A stretch of DNA of 63,998 nt, counting the filler, from an uncultured bacterium (GTDB taxonomy: Bacteria; Auribacterota; CAZIXI01): assembly GCA_964543115.1 (NCBI GenBank). It is 4 parts of 4 records of this genome, joined end to end, with 100 filler letters (N's around TTAATTAATTAA, not from the genome) between each part and the next. Parts side by side here need not be neighbours in the genome. Positions count along the whole stretch, not along the records: positions 56,848 to 63,998 come from CAZIXI010000178.1; 3 more parts are not named here. One strand, 5' to 3'. Positions 58,430 to 63,998 of this stretch are shown one piece after another. The notes beneath the pieces are model-generated. The model did not search any database, was not told the origin of the DNA, and was given only the letters and a program-made list of their open reading frames with translations. Position 1 is the stretch's first letter. Every line of letters starts with the position of its first letter. The position numbers and the translations under genes are program-made.

Positions 58430-60973
58430 ATGAAAAAAGCAGTTTTGCTCTTGTCTGGTTTTTTGTTTGTAGTGTTTTTTGTTCATTTTCTTTTTCCGGA
58501 CTGTGCTGTGTTGGCAGCTGCTAACGGACGCTTTGAGGAGAGCGACTTAACCTATCGCGGGGCATTCAGGCTGCCGGGAGCATCAGGCGGCACGGATTGG
58601 ACCTGGGATGCCGGTAATGGTTTAACGCATTATCCTGAAGGAAATCCTGCTGGTACAGACAGCTATACGGGTTCCCTTTTTGGCACAAGTAACAATACGG
58701 TGGCCTATGTAGCAGAAATCAGCATCCCGCAACCGGTCAACTCCTCCACTTTAACTGATCTTAATATCGCTGCTACCTTGCAAGGATTTATCGATGTCAA
58801 AGCTGGTTTGTTTGCTGAGCTTGAGATTATTACCGCGGGGTTGCAATACTTTAATGGCCGCTTACACTTCTGTTTTGGCCAGCATTTTCAGGATTTTGCG
58901 GTTTCGCATGGTTCTTGCAGTACTGATTTGTCTGATTTGCAGATTCAAGGAGCCTGGCATTTAGGAACTTATACAGATTATGTTATTAATGATTATATGT
59001 TTCAGATCCCCGCGGTCTGGGCAGATGCCAATGTCTCAGGTCAATATCTTGCTACAGGTAGATTCAGGGAAGGCGAGTGGGGTGGCCGGGGTCCGGCGCT
59101 GTTTGCCTATAATCCCGGGAGCAGTCCTCCGGATGCCGGCGGAACAATCACTGCTTTGACTCCCTTACTTCTCTATGGTGTTCAGGAATCCGGTGTCCCG
59201 GAAATCAGTACCGGTGATTCAATGCAGATGAATAATTATAAGACACCGGATCAGTGGACCGGAGCTGCCTGGTTGTCTGCCGGTGATAATTCCGCGGTAA
59301 TTTTCGTGGGGACAAAGGCTATCGGAAATGCCTGGTATGGATATTCCGATGGTACACTTTGGGAGGGTGAGGGGACTGTTGTGCCTCCCTGGCCGCATAA
59401 TGACAGGGGATATTGGGCGGATAGTATTCAGCCGCAGATAATCTTTTTTGATCCTGATGATTTGGCCTCTGTGGCCAATGGCGCTATGGAGACCTATGCG
59501 CCGCAGCCCTATGAAACCATGGATTTATCCGCGTATTTTTATGAGACAGCATATGATTATGAAAGGGCGAAACGAATTCTTACCGGTGGGGCAGCTTATG
59601 ATCGTACTAATGGATATATTTATATAGTTGAACTAAGGATTGAGGATGATGAAGAGAAGAGCATCGTACATGTTTTTCAGGTAGAGGCATCTGATGATGA
59701 CGACGACGAAGATACTGGTGAAGGGCCGTTTGATGAATGGGTGCTCATCCAGAACCCCAATTCCGTGTCCGCGGAAGTGACCGTGACCTTTATGCGTTCA
59801 AGCGGGAGCACCAATCAGCAGGCAATAACCATTGCCCCTACCAGCAGGCACACCATCCATGTGGATGATCTTATTTCTAATGATGATATCTCAACACAGG
59901 TAGTGTCTTCCCAGCCGGTAATTGCCGAACGCACAATGTATTGGAATCCCGGCGGGCGGGCCTGGGCTGGTGGACACAATAGTGTTGGGGTTACTGCTGC
60001 TGCTGCCAGCTGGTATTTTGCCGAAGGCTATACAGGCAGTGATTTTGATGAGTATATTTGTATTCAGAATCCTAATTCAGCTACGGCTACCGTTAACGTA
60101 ACGTTTATGCCGCCGGGGGGCACAACTCAGATGACAACAATGACAGTCGCCCCGACAGCGCGTTCTACCCTGAACGTGGAGAATTATATTAGCGGTGAGG
60201 TTTCGGTAGCGGTGTCCGCGGATATCGGGGTTATTGCCGAGAGGGCAATGTATTGGAACCGGGGCGGAATTGACTGGATTGGCGGCCACTGCAGTATCGG
60301 GATAACCGCGGCGTCTACCAGCTGGTATTTTGCCGAAGGGTTTACCAGTGATACTTTTGATCAATACATATGTTTGCAAAATGCCAATGACAGCGCGGCA
60401 GAGGTAACGATAACCTTCATGCGGCCGGACAGTACAGTAGTTACCACCAGCAGGACCATTGGGGCGAATTCCCGTGAAACGATAAACGTGGAGAATTATG
60501 TGGTTGGTGAGGTATCTACAGCGGTAACTGCCGATGTTGGGATTATTGCCGAACGGGCGATGTATTGGAACGCCGGCGGGATAGAGTGGATCGGCGGTCA
60601 TTGTGCCTGCGGCGTGACTACTCCGTCAACATCCTGGTATCTGGCCGAAGGCTGTACCTCAGGTGATTTTTCTGAATATATTTGCATTCAGAATCCCAAT
60701 GATGAGACAGCTAGTGTAACGGTATCGTTTATGACCTCAGACGGGTCAGTTACCCAGACTCTAAGAAGTATTAGTGGCAATTCCCGCGAGACGGTGAATG
60801 TGGGTAATTATGTAACCGGGGATGTTTCTGCTCAGGTTACCTCAGACGTAACTATAGTTGTTGAACGGGCGATGTACTGGGATAGTAATGATGTAATCTG
60901 GTCCGGAGGCCACTGTAGTGCTGGCGTTACTGCTCCAGCTACTAGCTGGTACTTAGCGGAAGGGCATACCTAA
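58430..60973 (+). CDS. Secreted protein: uncharacterised beta-rich (propeller-like) domain, acidic linker, four WYxAEG repeats
   Basis: Signal peptide; DLTYRGAFRLP domain; DDDDDEDT linker; four ~100-aa repeats ending ERxMYW...GGH. Confidence 0.8.
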   Translation: MKKAVLLLSGFLFVVFFVHFLFPDCAVLAAANGRFEESDLTYRGAFRLPGASGGTDWTWDAGNGLTHYPEGNPAGTDSYTGSLFGTSNNTVAYVAEISIPQPVNSSTLTDLNIAATLQGFIDVKAGLFAELEIITAGLQYFNGRLHFCFGQHFQDFAVSHGSCSTDLSDLQIQGAWHLGTYTDYVINDYMFQIPAVWADANVSGQYLATGRFREGEWGGRGPALFAYNPGSSPPDAGGTITALTPLLLYGVQESGVPEISTGDSMQMNNYKTPDQWTGAAWLSAGDNSAVIFVGTKAIGNAWYGYSDGTLWEGEGTVVPPWPHNDRGYWADSIQPQIIFFDPDDLASVANGAMETYAPQPYETMDLSAYFYETAYDYERAKRILTGGAAYDRTNGYIYIVELRIEDDEEKSIVHVFQVEASDDDDDEDTGEGPFDEWVLIQNPNSVSAEVTVTFMRSSGSTNQQAITIAPTSRHTIHVDDLISNDDISTQVVSSQPVIAERTMYWNPGGRAWAGGHNSVGVTAAAASWYFAEGYTGSDFDEYICIQNPNSATATVNVTFMPPGGTTQMTTMTVAPTARSTLNVENYISGEVSVAVSADIGVIAERAMYWNRGGIDWIGGHCSIGITAASTSWYFAEGFTSDTFDQYICLQNANDSAAEVTITFMRPDSTVVTTSRTIGANSRETINVENYVVGEVSTAVTADVGIIAERAMYWNAGGIEWIGGHCACGVTTPSTSWYLAEGCTSGDFSEYICIQNPNDETASVTVSFMTSDGSVTQTLRSISGNSRETVNVGNYVTGDVSAQVTSDVTIVVERAMYWDSNDVIWSGGHCSAGVTAPATSWYLAEGHT

Positions 60974-60978
60974 CAAAC

Positions 60979-61017
60979 AAATGTTACATTTTATGTCCAA
61001 CATAAAATGTAACATTT
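60979..61017. terminator. Perfect 18-bp AT-rich inverted repeat after the stop codon
   Basis: AAATGTTACATTTTATGT-CCA-ACATAAAATGTAACATTT. Confidence 0.6.
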
Positions 61018-61199
61018 CGGTCTACTTCAGTCTAGTCTACCTCACTACACACTCCAATCCACACTCCAATATTGCCAATTTTTTACTGGTATTTATTAAT
61101 TTTTGGTGCTATATTTTTACCGGACGTAGCACGTAGCTAATAGTAATAGATGAAAAACGATAATATAATCATATTTGTCAAGGTAAGAGGAGGAATTTT

Positions 61200-63287
61200 A
61201 TGAGAAGGGCATTATTAATATTATTTATTCCTATTATTGCGGTTATTTGCGGTAGTTTCTGCTGGGCGGCAACCAGTGTAGAGCTTAGCGCGCCTACGCA
61301 AGTCATTGGGGGATTGAAAGATAACTTTTCGCTCACTGTCCAGTGGGCGGACGCTCCGGATGATTCAGAGGTGTTTGTTATTCTGATTGAGAATGATACA
61401 GGCAACAGCTGGGCGGCGGCGGTTGATCAGGATACCGGCAAGGAATGGACGGGAAGCAGTTATTCGTTAAGCAGCTCTTCCGGGAGTATGACCATTACTA
61501 AGACGCTTACTCCTTATGAATACAGTGAATTTAACTGGGTAGCTTCTATTCGGGATGAAAATGACGCGGAGGCGGTTTATGCCTCGCAGACGGTAGCCAC
61601 TCAGGGCCAGGTCGGCGGGAATCTTACCTTCACGACACCGGAACAGTTAACAGAAGGATTTGTGGACACCTATGAGCTATTATTTCAGTGGGATAGTTTA
61701 CCCAGCGGATATGATTATGAATTGTTTTATATTCTTTTAGAAGGGGATACCGGTAATTATTGGGCCGGCGCCCAGCATAAATCCGGTGAAGATTGGACGG
61801 ATTGGGGCGGTGATACGGAAGCTATTACCGATGTCTCCGGCAGGTTGTCGGTTAGTAAGCGCCTGCGGGTTATGAGCTATGAACGGTTAATCTGGTTCGC
61901 GGAAATCCGCGATCCTAATGATACAACGAGAAAATATGTAACGGCTATTGGAGCGCCGGTGGGTTTGGGAAATTTTGCTATTGCCACTGACTGGTACCTG
62001 GCCGAAGGCTGTACCGCCGGTAGTTTTGCTGAATGGGTGCTGGTGCAGAATCCCAACGGGGCGACGGCCCAGTGTCAGGTAATATTTATGAAGCCCGATG
62101 GGAGTACAATAGCACAGAATATAGAAGTACCCGGAACAGGCAGATATACTATTAATGTAGGCGAGGTTGTGCCGCAAGAATCAGTTTCAACCAGGGTGAC
62201 CAGCACTAACGGAGTTTCGGTTATTGCCGAAAGGTCGATGTACTGGAATGGCGGGGATGTGGATTGGGTTGGCGGGCATTGCAGTATTGGCGTTACCCAG
62301 ACAAGTACGATCTGGTATCTGGCCGAAGGCTGTACCGCCGGCGGTTTTGACGAGTGGGTATTGGTTCAGAATCCCAATGCCCAGGATGCCGCCTGTCAGG
62401 TAACTTTTATGAAAACTGACGGCAGTACGGTTATCCAACAAATAACTGTACCGGCTACCGGAAGATATAGTATTCATGTAAATGCAGTTGTTCCGGATGC
62501 CTCAGTAGCGACAAAGATAGAAAGTACTAATGGTGTGCAGGTGATTGCTGAACGGTCAATGTATTGGAGCTCCGGCGGGGTTAATTGGGTTGGCGGCCAT
62601 TGCAGTGTCGGGGTGACGGAGACGGATACTACCTGGTATCTGGCTGAAGGCGCTACCAGTGGAAGTTTCTCGGAGTGGGTGCTCTTGCAGAATCCCAATA
62701 GCCAGGCCGCTCAGTGTCAGGTTACTTTTATGAAGTCTGATGGTACAACAGTACAAAGAGAAGTGACTGTCGCGGCAACCGGCAGGCTTTCAATTTATGT
62801 CAATGAACACGTGCCCAACGAAGCAGTGTCCACAAAAATAACGAGCACCAATGGAGTAGGAATAATTGCCGAGCGGTCAATGTACTGGAATGCCGGCGGG
62901 GTAGACTGGGCTGCCGGGCATTGCAGTGTGGGAGTTACCGGGACCAGTGAGATCTGGTATGTGGCCGAGGGTTGTACGGCCGGCGGGTTTGATGAGTATG
63001 TGCTGATTCAGAATCCGGAGAATACCGCTGCTCAGTGCCGGATAACTTTAATGAAGGCTGACGGCAGTATTGCCCGCAGTTATGTGCAGGTACCGGCAAC
63101 GGGAAGATATACTATTTATGTAAATGATCTAATGCCCGGAGAATCACTGTCGACAAAAGTGGAAAGCTTAAATGGTGTTGGCGTGATTGTGGAGCGGGCA
63201 ATGTACTGGAGTTCGGATAGTGATTCTGGTTATTTTACGGAAGATAAGACCTGGATCGGCGGTCATTGCAGCCGCGCGGCGATTTGA
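61200..63287 (+). CDS. Secreted protein: two related N-terminal beta domains + four WYxAEG repeats
   Basis: Signal peptide; duplicated L.VQW...LIE.DTGN.WA.A motif; four repeats WYLAEGCTAG.F.EW...ERSMYW...GGHCS. Confidence 0.82.
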   Translation: MRRALLILFIPIIAVICGSFCWAATSVELSAPTQVIGGLKDNFSLTVQWADAPDDSEVFVILIENDTGNSWAAAVDQDTGKEWTGSSYSLSSSSGSMTITKTLTPYEYSEFNWVASIRDENDAEAVYASQTVATQGQVGGNLTFTTPEQLTEGFVDTYELLFQWDSLPSGYDYELFYILLEGDTGNYWAGAQHKSGEDWTDWGGDTEAITDVSGRLSVSKRLRVMSYERLIWFAEIRDPNDTTRKYVTAIGAPVGLGNFAIATDWYLAEGCTAGSFAEWVLVQNPNGATAQCQVIFMKPDGSTIAQNIEVPGTGRYTINVGEVVPQESVSTRVTSTNGVSVIAERSMYWNGGDVDWVGGHCSIGVTQTSTIWYLAEGCTAGGFDEWVLVQNPNAQDAACQVTFMKTDGSTVIQQITVPATGRYSIHVNAVVPDASVATKIESTNGVQVIAERSMYWSSGGVNWVGGHCSVGVTETDTTWYLAEGATSGSFSEWVLLQNPNSQAAQCQVTFMKSDGTTVQREVTVAATGRLSIYVNEHVPNEAVSTKITSTNGVGIIAERSMYWNAGGVDWAAGHCSVGVTGTSEIWYVAEGCTAGGFDEYVLIQNPENTAAQCRITLMKADGSIARSYVQVPATGRYTIYVNDLMPGESLSTKVESLNGVGVIVERAMYWSSDSDSGYFTEDKTWIGGHCSRAAI

Positions 63288-63302
63288 GTTTTTGACTGGC
63301 GC

Positions 63303-63617
63303 TTACTTATCGCAAAATTCCCGGGCCTTATCCACCACTTCGGTAGAAAGATTAGGCAGATAATTGTGGCAAAGCCAATTGATATCATTCAGGGAAAGAT
63401 TAACCAGCTCTTGGGGTGCGTGCTTGTTTTCAATTGTTTGCAGAACCGTATAAGGGGCGACCATTTTATTTCTGATTGTAATGCAAATATTGTCGATGGC
63501 TGTTTTTAGAAAATTAATTAATTCCGGATGTCTGGCAATCTCGGCTTGAATGTTTTCCTTTTCTATAGCAACACTATTTAGCTCTTCCTTTGTAAATTTC
63601 TTGGAATACATACTCAT
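63303..63617 (-). CDS. Hypothetical protein
   Basis: 104-aa ORF with AAGGAG SD; no recognised motif. Confidence 0.6.
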   Translation of the reverse strand: MSMYSKKFTKEELNSVAIEKENIQAEIARHPELINFLKTAIDNICITIRNKMVAPYTVLQTIENKHAPQELVNLSLNDINWLCHNYLPNLSTEVVDKAREFCDK

Positions 63618-63730
63618 TGTCGGCTCCTTTCCTGGGTTTCTCTTTTAAATTGAAGCGACTAGTATAATATATTTAGATTATAATGCAATAGTTTTTTTGA
63701 AGTATTTTTAAGGTATTTTTTACACAGGTT

Positions 63731-63998
63731 TTACTGCTGGGGGCGGGTTCTCCAGAGCTGGGATTGAGTGGTGCTGTTCTTATTGTTTAGGGGGATATTC
63801 AGGTGTTCGTAGCTTAAGGGAGTAGCGGTTCTGCCGGTTGGTGTGCGTTGGAGATAGCCCTGTTGGATCAGGTAGGGTTCATAAAGTTCCTCAATTGTAT
63901 CCGCTTCTTCACCGACGGCAACGGCGATGGTCGTTATGCCCACCGGCCCGCCGTTAAATTTTTTAATGATTGCCTCCAGGATACGTTTATCCATTTTA
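63731..63998 (-). CDS. ruvB: Holliday junction branch migration helicase RuvB, 3' part
   Basis: [39 protein letters not shown]. Confidence 0.96.
   Translation of the reverse strand, partial: KMDKRILEAIIKKFNGGPVGITTIAVAVGEEADTIEELYEPYLIQQGYLQRTPTGRTATPLSYEHLNIPLNNKNSTTQSQLWRTRPQQ

Noticed and set aside
3235..62756. Numerous 60-220 aa antisense or alternate-frame ORFs in the track (e.g. 23783-24376, 28725-29246, 29481-30149, 39380-39859)
   Set aside because: All are shadows of confidently identified genes and lack recognisable motifs or ribosome binding sites.

Overview
Bacterial draft-genome window made of four contigs joined by artificial N-gap/TTAATTAATTAA linkers (1-19019, 19120-38056, 38157-56747, 56848-63998). 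Adjacency across the gaps is not evidence of linkage. Gene content and protein style resemble Candidatus Omnitrophota (inference only). Contig 1 carries housekeeping genes (alr, tsaB, tsaE, thiL, a cysteine-less RlmN paralog, MFS, queF, era) flanked by four proteins that share a signal peptide followed by an LA(P/A/R)x(S/T) motif. The three complete ones also share a C-terminal (A/D)-I-x-x-S-V, yet carry unrelated cargo: a GT87 glycosyltransferase, a B12 radical SAM + HEAT repeats, and a B12 radical SAM + glycerate-kinase-like domain. Contig 2 is a sigma54-led CheC/CheD-type chemotaxis cluster whose gene junctions are filled with heptamer repeat arrays. One inverted array pair encloses a four-helix-bundle gene and three matching pairs are empty. 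Repeat-derived DNA also sits in frame in CheA and in an MFS-SpeE fusion, and ends a PilZ remnant. Contig 3 has a pilin-like/chaperone-like operon with a GH42-like surface protein, two TMTC-like glycosyltransferases, a MITE-like element, and a c-di-GMP-I ON riboswitch ahead of a >2,100-aa repeat-rich giant protein that runs into the gap. Contig 4 has a REC-HD-GYP gene with a probably chimeric end, two more surface proteins with four WYxAEG repeats, and the 3' end of ruvB. No rRNA, tRNA, CRISPR array or transposase was recognised.
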